Origin: an uncultured Bacteroidales bacterium
Lineage (GTDB): Bacteria > Bacteroidota > Bacteroidia > Bacteroidales > VadinHA17
Direction of reading: 5' to 3'
DNA length: 64,000 nucleotides
Assembly: GCA_963772705.1 (NCBI GenBank)
Contig: CAVYYH010000008.1
Location: 281,208-345,207 of the forward strand
Part shown: positions 9,055 to 17,205 of the stretch, one piece after another
How positions within the stretch are numbered: position 1 is the first letter of the stretch
How the letters are laid out: every line of letters begins with the position of its first letter
The notes under the pieces: generated by a model
Told to the model about the DNA's origin: nothing
The model's input: only the letters and a program-made list of their open reading frames with translations
Databases searched by the model: none
Translations under genes and position numbers: made by a program

Positions 9055-9246
9055 ATGAAACCCGCTAAAGTCTCTTTGAAAGTTATTCATCTCATTCTGT
9101 TAATTCTGATGCTTAGCTTTGCTTCCTGCGCAGATGCTGACATTTGCTGGGTATGCGAGAATCCTATTGATCCCTCAGACAGGTTTGAGGTATGCAACAC
9201 AGCGGCCAAAGTCAAATGGGAGTCTTACGGTTATAATTGCAATTGA
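9055..9246 (+). CDS. small Cys-rich putative lipoprotein, paralog 1
   Basis: 63 aa. Signal peptide with lipobox LSFASC, then C-W-x-C ... C ... W-E ... C. It aligns with the next ORF. Start taken at ATG 9055. Confidence 0.6.
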   Translation: MKPAKVSLKVIHLILLILMLSFASCADADICWVCENPIDPSDRFEVCNTAAKVKWESYGYNCN

Positions 9247-9342
9247 TGGCATGTCATTTTGCCTGCGTCCGGAAATCAGCTCAAAATTAACTTGAATTCA
9301 GTATTAACTTGTGTAACTTTGTGGGTAAGACAGCAATAAATC

Positions 9343-9537
9343 ATGACAGCAATGAAGACAAAAAAAATCCTTTCAAAAGTCATCGTTGTCTTTCTCTTTC
9401 TTTATATGTTAAGTTTTACCGCTTGCGAAGAACCTTGCTGGACATGCGTTAATGCCACGGGTGACATTCTGGAAGCCTGCTCGGAGTCGGCAAGAGACAT
9501 ATGGGAGGCCATGGATTTTATCTGCACTCAGAACTGA
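9343..9537 (+). CDS. small Cys-rich putative lipoprotein, paralog 2
   Basis: 64 aa. Lipobox LSFTAC, then CWTC ... C ... IWEAM..IC. Cysteine spacing matches 9055..9246. Confidence 0.6.
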   Translation: MTAMKTKKILSKVIVVFLFLYMLSFTACEEPCWTCVNATGDILEACSESARDIWEAMDFICTQN

Positions 9538-9713
9538 GGAGCAGGACTAGCAGAGCGATGGTATTACATGACAGTATTTGATGGGCACGATTTTTGCGGG
9601 GTAATGGCCGAAAGTCATTAACCGGAAAAACAATGATCACATTAGCTATAATCCTGTTTACAGTAATTGTCTATATTGTCAAACAAACCAAGAAGCTTAA
9701 TTGAAAGAGAAAA

Positions 9714-10176
9714 TTGCAGATAGCCGAATCCGGATTCTTACCGCTGTGTATTCTGGCAATACTGTTTACAGTGCCCGCAGGTGCGCAGAAGAGACTCCCG
9801 GAAAATGATGAAGTTGCCATACGAGCCCTCTTTCAGATGCAGCAGGACGCATGGAACAGGGGTGACATTAGACAGTTTCATGGAGGCATACTGGAATTCG
9901 CCGAAGCTGGTTTTCATCGGGAGAAATGGTCCGACATACGGGTGGCAGCAAGTACTGGACAACTATAAAAGAAACTATCCCGATACTGCTTCAACGGGAA
10001 AGCTAAAATTCGATATCCTTGATATCAGCCTGATAGACAAAAAGACAGTCTTTCTGATCGGGAAGTATCATCTTACGCGAACTGTCGGAGATGCTGAAGG
10101 TAATTTTTCCCTGGTGCTGCAAAAAATAAAAGGCAAATGGCTGATCATAAGCGATCATTCTGACGTCAAAATCTGA
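9714..10176 (+). pseudogene. SnoaL-like/DUF4440 (NTF2-fold) protein interrupted by a single +1 frameshift
   Basis: The N-terminal part (...AIRALFQMQQDAWNRGDIRQF) is in the frame of 9714. It continues as MEAYWNSPKLVFIGRNGPTYGWQQVLDNYKRNYPD... in the frame of 9781. The junction is at CAG TTT C ATG (about 9873-9882). Confidence 0.7.
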
Positions 10177-10646
10177 AAGTCATTGTAAGTCCCGGCAGAA
10201 TATTATTCGAAGATCTTTCAATGAATATAGCCGGCTCAAGGCTGAAAGAGCCCGAATAAGAAAATGGCTCCTCCAGCTCTGACCTGATGGTTCCCATCCT
10301 TGCAAGGTAGGTTATCGCTGCAACAAGGCCCCCTGCAGCAATTGCCACCCCTCCGGCTATATAAAGATTATTGACATTCTTCTCCCCAAGAAGTTGCTCG
10401 ACAAATGTACTCTCCTCTGTCTCCTCGTAAGGGAACAGCACCGCGAGCCAGTACCACCACGCCGCCCACACCCGATACCAGAAGTGATACATATACGTTA
10501 TCCCTGGCATTCTTCAATGATTCTTCAAGCTGCATCTCATTAAGAAGGCTAATGTCCTGCACATTGTATTGTTTAACATACCACTGCGAGCATGCATCAG
10601 CTGAAATGAAAATCAGGGCAGACATAACAATAATTATTCTTTTCAT
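10166..10646 (-). pseudogene. small secreted/membrane protein of unknown function split over two frames
   Basis: Signal peptide MKRIIIVMSALIFISADA plus ~65 aa in one frame. A hydrophobic/Gly-rich C-terminal part (...YIAGGVAIAAGGLVAAITY...) is in another frame. The junction is near 10430-10470, possibly a CCC run. Confidence 0.45.
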
Positions 10647-10850
10647 CAGACCTAAATTTTGACGGGTTATTTTAGTAAAGTTACAATCGGGGAAGCCTGA
10701 TGTCAATTTTTTTTTAGTCCCGTTCACCTTCTTACAGTCCTTATGACTGCCAGGTATATCCCGTCTTCAAGATTGAACAGCACTTGAATCGTTATTTCAA
10801 CAAATATTTCTATCTTTTACCTTCAATCCAAGGTAAAAAACAAGGTAATC

Positions 10851-12107
10851 ATGGACAAGAGATTATTCATAAAGAGCGCCGGGCTTCTCGGTATCGGTAC
10901 AGCCGTCAGCATGAAAACATTTGCCGGGCTTGTTGCCTCAGTTTCATCAGTACCAGCCGGAGATCTGGCTTCAGAAGAGGATTTCTGGCTGACAGTACGA
11001 AAAGGTTACAGGCTGAACCCTGATATGATCAATCTTGAAAACGGCTATTATAATTTCCTGCCTGAACGGACTCTGGAAAGGCTTATTGAACATATAAGGG
11101 ATATAAACTACCAGGGATCATATTACATGCGTACCGTTCAGTCTGAGAGAAAGAAGGCCATGGCAGCAAAACTGGCAGAGCTGACAGGATGCTCTGCTGA
11201 CGAACTGGTCATCACACGCAACACCACGGAATCGCTCGACATAATCATCAGCGGCTATGACTGGAAGGCCGGTGATGAGGCATTAATGGCGGAACAGGAT
11301 TATCCCTCCCTGCTCAGCATGTTCAGGCAGGTGGCAAAGCGATACGGAGTGGTCAACAAGGTAGTTTCAGTACCTAATCACCCTTCTTCCGATGACGAGA
11401 TAGTTGAACTATATGCAGGAGCCATAACCCCCCGTACCAGGCTGCTGATGATATGTCACATCATTAACCTTACGGGCCAGATACTGCCTGTCAGAAAAAT
11501 ATGTGACATGGCCCACAGCAAGGGAGTTGAAGTTATGGTTGACGGCGCACATGCCGTCGGCCATTTCAGATTTAAAATTGATGACCTCGGGTGCGATTAT
11601 TACGGCAGCAGCCTGCACAAGTGGCTCAGCGTACCGCTTGGATCGGGTTTGCTATGGGTAAAGAAGGAGAATACAGGCAAGATATGGCCACTGTTAGCCC
11701 CTTTTCAGGAGAGCGATGACATAAGAAGGTTAAATCATACCGGCACCCATCCTGTCTATACTGACCTGACTGTTGAAGACGCAATAGAATATTACAATAT
11801 TCTGGGTGCCGAGAGGAAGGAGGCAAGGCTGAGGTTCCTGCAAAACTACTGGACAAACAAGGTAAGGGAGATGCCTCACGTGATGCTTAATACCCCCTCA
11901 GACCCGGCAAGAGCATGCGCCATAGCCAATGTGGGTGTTAAAGGGATGAAACCCGCCGACCTGGGTGATACGCTGTGGAAAAAACATAAGATCTATACCG
12001 CTCCTATTGACGGCGCCAATGTGCACGGATGCAGAATTACCCCCAATGTGTATACAGCAACCGCAGAGCTTGACCTGTTTGTCGAGGCTCTTGCTGAACT
12101 TGAGTAA
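10851..12107 (+). CDS. aminotransferase class V-fold PLP-dependent enzyme with a Tat-like signal
   Basis: 418 aa. N-terminal KRLFIKSAGLLGIGTA resembles a twin-arginine/Tat leader. SSLHKWL contains the PLP-lysine context. Overall it is isopenicillin-N-epimerase/cysteine-desulfurase-like. Confidence 0.8.
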   Translation: MDKRLFIKSAGLLGIGTAVSMKTFAGLVASVSSVPAGDLASEEDFWLTVRKGYRLNPDMINLENGYYNFLPERTLERLIEHIRDINYQGSYYMRTVQSERKKAMAAKLAELTGCSADELVITRNTTESLDIIISGYDWKAGDEALMAEQDYPSLLSMFRQVAKRYGVVNKVVSVPNHPSSDDEIVELYAGAITPRTRLLMICHIINLTGQILPVRKICDMAHSKGVEVMVDGAHAVGHFRFKIDDLGCDYYGSSLHKWLSVPLGSGLLWVKKENTGKIWPLLAPFQESDDIRRLNHTGTHPVYTDLTVEDAIEYYNILGAERKEARLRFLQNYWTNKVREMPHVMLNTPSDPARACAIANVGVKGMKPADLGDTLWKKHKIYTAPIDGANVHGCRITPNVYTATAELDLFVEALAELE

Positions 12108-12117
12108 GGGCTGGCAT

Positions 12118-12912
12118 TTACCTGATGAGCTCCAATGTAACAAGGTATGCACAGTGGTCTGAAGCCACTGAATCACATATTACCCTTGAATCAAGAACCC
12201 TCCACCTCCCTTTCGGGAAGTGCATCACATAGTCTATCTTCTTAACGGGATTGTCAGAGGGGAAGGTCGGCGCCGGACTGACCCTGTCATATGAGGAATC
12301 CCATATTATTTCCAGGATATTTATGGGAAGGCTTCCCGGTTCTGCATTCAGGTCACCCGCCAGTATCGTCGGATACCTGTTTGCAGAAAAAACCTCATTG
12401 ATCTTCCCGGCCTGGGCAATCCTGTCAGTCTCATCCTTCAGGTGGTCGAGATGAGTTCCGATAAAGGCTATTGTATCACCCGAAGGAATCACGGCAGTTA
12501 TCTCCAGTGCAGCCCTCGGCTCATTGCCCGGGGTGCATGGAAGTGGTATATTCCGGGATTCGATAAACGTGTATTTTGACAGGATGGCTTCGCCATACTC
12601 GCCACCGTCGTAATACATCGCCCTTCCGAAGAGGGGAGCCATCTTCACCATCCTGCCAAGCTCAGTGGCAAGATCATAATTCTTCGCCCTGCGGGTTTTG
12701 AAGTCAACCTCCTGCAATGCAACAAGATCGGGATCAGCATCTTCAATGACCTTTGCTATCAACTGCAGGTCAAAGTCTCCCTTCATGGTTGCCCCATGAT
12801 AGATGTTGAATGAAAGAATTTTTAAAACGGGGTTGCCAGCGGGCTGCTGCTGTGACCTGGCAGAGAGGCAGAACACGATAAGTGTGAGAAACAACGCAAT
12901 TTTTATCTTCAT
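12118..12912 (-). CDS. endonuclease/exonuclease/phosphatase (EEP) family protein, secreted
   Basis: Signal peptide. SFNIYHG, LQEVD, GTHLDH, GDLN and SDH motifs are typical of the EEP fold. Confidence 0.85.
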   Translation of the reverse strand: MKIKIALFLTLIVFCLSARSQQQPAGNPVLKILSFNIYHGATMKGDFDLQLIAKVIEDADPDLVALQEVDFKTRRAKNYDLATELGRMVKMAPLFGRAMYYDGGEYGEAILSKYTFIESRNIPLPCTPGNEPRAALEITAVIPSGDTIAFIGTHLDHLKDETDRIAQAGKINEVFSANRYPTILAGDLNAEPGSLPINILEIIWDSSYDRVSPAPTFPSDNPVKKIDYVMHFPKGRWRVLDSRVICDSVASDHCAYLVTLELIR

Positions 12913-12965
12913 CGCGGAAGAGTTGCAGATAATATATGGAGAGTATTTGCCTGTATTAAGATGCG

Positions 12966-13496
12966 TTACGCCCTGCTCAGCAGATAAGCGGAGAGGATAT
13001 TCGCAATGCCGAAGACAAGAGCTATTATCCCGATATAGAATACACTCTGGGGATTGAAGTTACCCATGACAACATGAAGAAAATAACCGAACAGAAGGGT
13101 CAGGAGGGCATTGAGGACAAACAGTGCAAAAAAGGCATTGCTGTTCCTGACAAGAATTCCTGCTTCGACAAGTTCTGTCAGGGCGTAAAAGACAATCCAG
13201 GCCAGCATTATCCACAAGATCACCTCCCTGGGTGAGTCTATTTTCATCAGCAGGGCGACGGCGAAGGCGAGGTTAAATGCCCCCGTGATCAGATGCCAGC
13301 CTTTCATCTGTGACTTTCCTGAGAGAACTCCGGCGGCAATCAGCGATGCACCCGTGGCACCGATGAGGACGGCAAACAATATAGCCAGGGGCTTGATACC
13401 TCCGATGATCTGTATCATGGCAATAATCCCGAATAGTATTAGGAAAGCTCCCTTCAGAGCAGGCAGCCACGGCTTCTCATATGATTTCAGTTCCAT
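12966..13496 (-). CDS. HdeD/DUF308 family membrane protein
   Basis: 176 aa with six hydrophobic segments. The N-terminal W..ALKGAFLILFGIIA pattern is typical of DUF308. Confidence 0.7.
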   Translation of the reverse strand: MELKSYEKPWLPALKGAFLILFGIIAMIQIIGGIKPLAILFAVLIGATGASLIAAGVLSGKSQMKGWHLITGAFNLAFAVALLMKIDSPREVILWIMLAWIVFYALTELVEAGILVRNSNAFFALFVLNALLTLLFGYFLHVVMGNFNPQSVFYIGIIALVFGIANILSAYLLSRA

Positions 13497-13657
13497 TCCG
13501 ATAGGTTTTTAGTTAGGCAAAAATCATAATTTTTTCGGAAGGTAACTAATTTTCAGTATTGTTTATTCAAATGCACTTCAGGGTCGCAAAAAGGGATAAA
13601 TTTGTTAAAAAGCAGCTGAGCTGATGACCATTTGAATTAAACCCATACCATGAACTT

Positions 13658-15316
13658 ATGAAACCAATCATGCTCCTTGCCCTTATGCTGTTCGTACTTA
13701 GCGGATGTTCAGATACTGTACATTATGATGTACTCATTAAAAACGGACGTATCATCGACGGTTCAGGGTCAGTCTCCTTTGACGGTGACATAGCCATAAA
13801 AGCAGATACCATTGCTGCTATCGGAAAATTGAAGAACGCAAAGGCAGACATGGTGATTGACGCCGAAGGGATGGCTGTTGCACCAGGATTTATCAATATG
13901 CTAAGCTGGGCGGTGGAGTCGCTCATCGAGGACGGCCGTTCACAAAGCGACATAAGGCAGGGAGTGACGCTCGAGATCCTCGGCGAGGGCGACTCATGGG
14001 GCCCGCTGAATGAGAAGATGAAGGCTGATCTCAGGGCACAGCAGGGTGATATTAAATATGATATCGAATGGACCACCCTCGGCGAATACCTCGAATATCT
14101 TGAAAAGAAGGGGGTCTCAACCAATGTCGCGTCGTTTGTCGGCACCTCAACACTCAGAATACATGCCATAGGTTATGATGACCGGGAACCGACTGAGGCT
14201 GAGCTGGATGCCATGAAACAACTGGTACGGCAGGCGATGGAAGAGGGGGCCGTTGGTATAAGCTCGGCACTGGAATATGTTCCGGCAAGCTTTGCGAAGA
14301 CCGGTGAGCTAATTGAATTATGCAGGGTCGCTGCCGAATATGACGGCATGTATATCTCACACCTGAGAAACGAAGGAGACCAGCTGCTCGGGTGCATGGA
14401 TGAACTCATCACCGTTGCTAAAGAGGCAGGGATAAGATCAGAGATATACCACTTCAAGCAGGTAGGGACCGCAAACTGGGACAAGCTTGACAGGGCTGTG
14501 AGCAAAATCGACTCGGCCAATGCAGCAGGACTGTACATCACCGCCGACATGTACAACTATATAGCCAGCTCAACAGGCTTCGACATAATCATGCCCGACT
14601 GGGTACAGGAGGGTGGCTTCAGCGAGTGGACAAAGAGGCTGGCAGACCCGGAGATAAGAAAAGCCGTCGGTCCTGCCATACGCGATGCGATAGCCAACAA
14701 GACAGGCTCGGCTGACAAGGTGCTTATAATAGGTTTCAACAATGACTCGCTCAAGTACCTCACTGGCAAGAGTCTTGCCGAGGTGGCCACCCTCAGGGGC
14801 ACGACGCCCGAAGAGACTGTGATGGACCTGGTGATACAGGACGGCAGCAGGGTCGGGGTGGTATACTTCTCGATGTCGGAAGATAACATCAGGAGGCAGA
14901 TCGCCCTGCCATGGATGAGCTTCTGCTCAGACGGCCAGTCACTCGCGCCGGAGGGTGTCTTCCTGAAGTCGAACACTCACCCCCGGGCGTACGGTAACTT
15001 TGCCAGGCTGCTCGGCAAGTATGTCAGGGATGAGAAGGTGATCCCGCTCGAGGAGGCGGTAAGAAGGCTCACCTCCTTCCCGGCAGGTAACCTGAGGATC
15101 GAAAAACGGGGACTGCTGACGCCGGGGTACTATGCTGACATTGTTATATTCGATCCTGAGAAGGTGCAGGATCACTCTACCTTCGACAAGCCTCACCAGT
15201 ATTCAACCGGCATGAGTCACGTCTTCGTCAACGGCGTGCAGGTGCTTAAGGAGGGCGAGCACACCGGCGCCACGCCGGGACGGGTTGTCAGGGGACCGGG
15301 ATGGGTTCGGCAGTAA
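13658..15316 (+). CDS. N-acyl-D-amino-acid deacylase (D-aminoacylase) family amidohydrolase, lipoprotein
   Basis: 552 aa. Lipobox LSGC. YDVLIKNGRIIDGSG start, ISHLRNEG, and the C-terminal GYYADIVIFDP...VFVNG are typical of the D-aminoacylase family. Confidence 0.85.
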   Translation: MKPIMLLALMLFVLSGCSDTVHYDVLIKNGRIIDGSGSVSFDGDIAIKADTIAAIGKLKNAKADMVIDAEGMAVAPGFINMLSWAVESLIEDGRSQSDIRQGVTLEILGEGDSWGPLNEKMKADLRAQQGDIKYDIEWTTLGEYLEYLEKKGVSTNVASFVGTSTLRIHAIGYDDREPTEAELDAMKQLVRQAMEEGAVGISSALEYVPASFAKTGELIELCRVAAEYDGMYISHLRNEGDQLLGCMDELITVAKEAGIRSEIYHFKQVGTANWDKLDRAVSKIDSANAAGLYITADMYNYIASSTGFDIIMPDWVQEGGFSEWTKRLADPEIRKAVGPAIRDAIANKTGSADKVLIIGFNNDSLKYLTGKSLAEVATLRGTTPEETVMDLVIQDGSRVGVVYFSMSEDNIRRQIALPWMSFCSDGQSLAPEGVFLKSNTHPRAYGNFARLLGKYVRDEKVIPLEEAVRRLTSFPAGNLRIEKRGLLTPGYYADIVIFDPEKVQDHSTFDKPHQYSTGMSHVFVNGVQVLKEGEHTGATPGRVVRGPGWVRQ

Positions 15317-15339
15317 GCGAGGAGCAAGGGGCGCAGGGC

Positions 15340-17109
15340 TCAGGGCACAGGATAGAAGGGCTCTGACATAGGGGCAGATTCATTGCTGAACAAACGGAAC
15401 AACACCGGGTCTTTCAGCAGCTCTGACACCAGGCGTGGCTGACCGTCTACCAGTACCTGATCATTCATGAGCCTTATGCCATGGCTATAGTCTACATACC
15501 ACCATACATGCCCGCTGTAAACGGGCTGGATGGGATTACCGTCAGTTTTGTGCCAGCCGTATATAACAACCCTGTCATTGCGCTCCGCAATACGTGACGA
15601 GATGATAACATCCTTCTTGATGCCCGCCACCAGCTGCCCGTTCCTCCCTCCTGCCTCTGCCATCTGCCTTTCTATCTGTGCGTTGTGCTCCGCAAACTTA
15701 GTCACCAGCTCATTGGCGTTGCCCACGGGCTTATAAAAAAAGGGCTCAGGCTTCACATCTGCCTGCGACCATATATGATCACTTATCTTCGCCGTCAGCA
15801 ATGAAGCTCCAAACAGGTCAGCCAGCCTCTGCGCGGTCCGCGGATTCATGGGTATGCGGCAGTAATCTTCATCACTCCCTGCTGCCAGATAGTCGGGCAT
15901 GACCTCATATTCAATCATGTGTCTCACCCCTTCCATATCCTCAAACTCACCCTTCAGCGTGACCGTATGCCTCAGAAAATCAGGAATGTTACCGGAGGAA
16001 ACTGCTTTGAATATCTCTTCCTCACGCTCAGCGAGCGGCAGGTCGCTGATGCGCCTCATGAATGCCGTGCCGGTCTCTGCCGACGGATCACGCACAGGTA
16101 TGTTGAGCCTGCGGACTGGTAAGGCAATGGTATCAGCGACAAAGTCAGAATATGCCCTCTCACCGAAATACCTGTACCCCTTCTGCTCATACCTGGTGCC
16201 GCTCAGCATGCTGTGAATGAATCCGTTGTATTCGACCTGCCGGGTGTGGTATATCTTCCCCTCGGGATTTGGTTTAAATATGAATTCAATCCTTCTGTCC
16301 CGCGACGTAACCCATGTGAGCGAGTCGCGCTGCCTCTCCTTCAGTCTGAAAGAGCCGGCAAGATAGTTTTTCATCATCCGGCTGCGATACCATGTGCCTC
16401 CCGTGGGTGAGACCAGCGGCTTGCCGTTGTATATCACCACACTGTCATTGTATGCCAGAGTGCAGAGATACCTGCCATTGTCTGACTTAAGCCATCTTTC
16501 AATCTTCGGCCCGTAGACGGTGTCTTCATAACCGTAGTTGCTGTCAAGGAAGGCTATCCTCACCACATCTGAGGGAATTTCATCATTTACATCGAGGTAA
16601 CTGAAAATAAATCTTCCGCCGCCGCTGTGGCCGTTAAGGACTATCTCAGGCTGCCACCCTGCAAAAATTTCCTTCAGGTCACCAACGATATTGTTCACCT
16701 GATCGCGGTAGTCAGGCGTCGCCGCCTTCCACGCCGGCCAGCTTCTCAGGTCGTTCTCAATATATGCCACTACGAGTGTGCGGTCACTGATCACCCTCCT
16801 CAGGAACCTGGTCTGTGCCCCGATGTGCTGGATATCGAAGTGCCAGTCGTCCCCCTCATGCAGCTTCTTGCCGAATGTATGTTCAATGGTATTGCCGTTG
16901 GGAAGGGCATAGAGAATGAGCAGCACGCGGTCACCGTCGCCAAATCCGTTTAGCGGGGCATTGATCAGGATCCGCGTTCCGGGAGGCGAATCTTCAATAA
17001 CCAGTTGCTGCTCATTATACTGACCTGAGGATTTAAATCCTGGCAGCAATTGAGCGTTCAGAAGAAAGCTGAATCCCGTAAAGAGGATTAAAAGTAAAGA
17101 CTTTGCCAT
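15340..17109 (-). CDS. secreted two-domain protein of unknown function (N-terminal part has a GHSGG serine-hydrolase-like motif)
   Basis: 589 aa. Signal peptide ending NAQ. A GxSxG-like GHSGGG lies around residue 160. I could not name the conserved-looking C-terminal ~200 aa (LVAGIKKDVI...IYGWH...PIQP...YVDYSHGIRL). Confidence 0.6.
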   Translation of the reverse strand: MAKSLLLILFTGFSFLLNAQLLPGFKSSGQYNEQQLVIEDSPPGTRILINAPLNGFGDGDRVLLILYALPNGNTIEHTFGKKLHEGDDWHFDIQHIGAQTRFLRRVISDRTLVVAYIENDLRSWPAWKAATPDYRDQVNNIVGDLKEIFAGWQPEIVLNGHSGGGRFIFSYLDVNDEIPSDVVRIAFLDSNYGYEDTVYGPKIERWLKSDNGRYLCTLAYNDSVVIYNGKPLVSPTGGTWYRSRMMKNYLAGSFRLKERQRDSLTWVTSRDRRIEFIFKPNPEGKIYHTRQVEYNGFIHSMLSGTRYEQKGYRYFGERAYSDFVADTIALPVRRLNIPVRDPSAETGTAFMRRISDLPLAEREEEIFKAVSSGNIPDFLRHTVTLKGEFEDMEGVRHMIEYEVMPDYLAAGSDEDYCRIPMNPRTAQRLADLFGASLLTAKISDHIWSQADVKPEPFFYKPVGNANELVTKFAEHNAQIERQMAEAGGRNGQLVAGIKKDVIISSRIAERNDRVVIYGWHKTDGNPIQPVYSGHVWWYVDYSHGIRLMNDQVLVDGQPRLVSELLKDPVLFRLFSNESAPMSEPFYPVP

Positions 17110-17205
17110 ACTTCCTGGATTGGGTAAAGAGTAAATGTAAGTTTATATTTTTACAATAATTGTTATCTTGGTAGCTGAACCTGCCAACATTATATCAACT
17201 GAAGA

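Noticed and set aside
13723-15196. Series of 85-148-aa ORFs on the minus strand opposite the D-aminoacylase gene
   Set aside because: They lie entirely antisense to a strongly supported 552-aa CDS. Their composition is low-complexity and Ser/Pro/Ala-rich, typical of shadow ORFs, and they carry no motifs.
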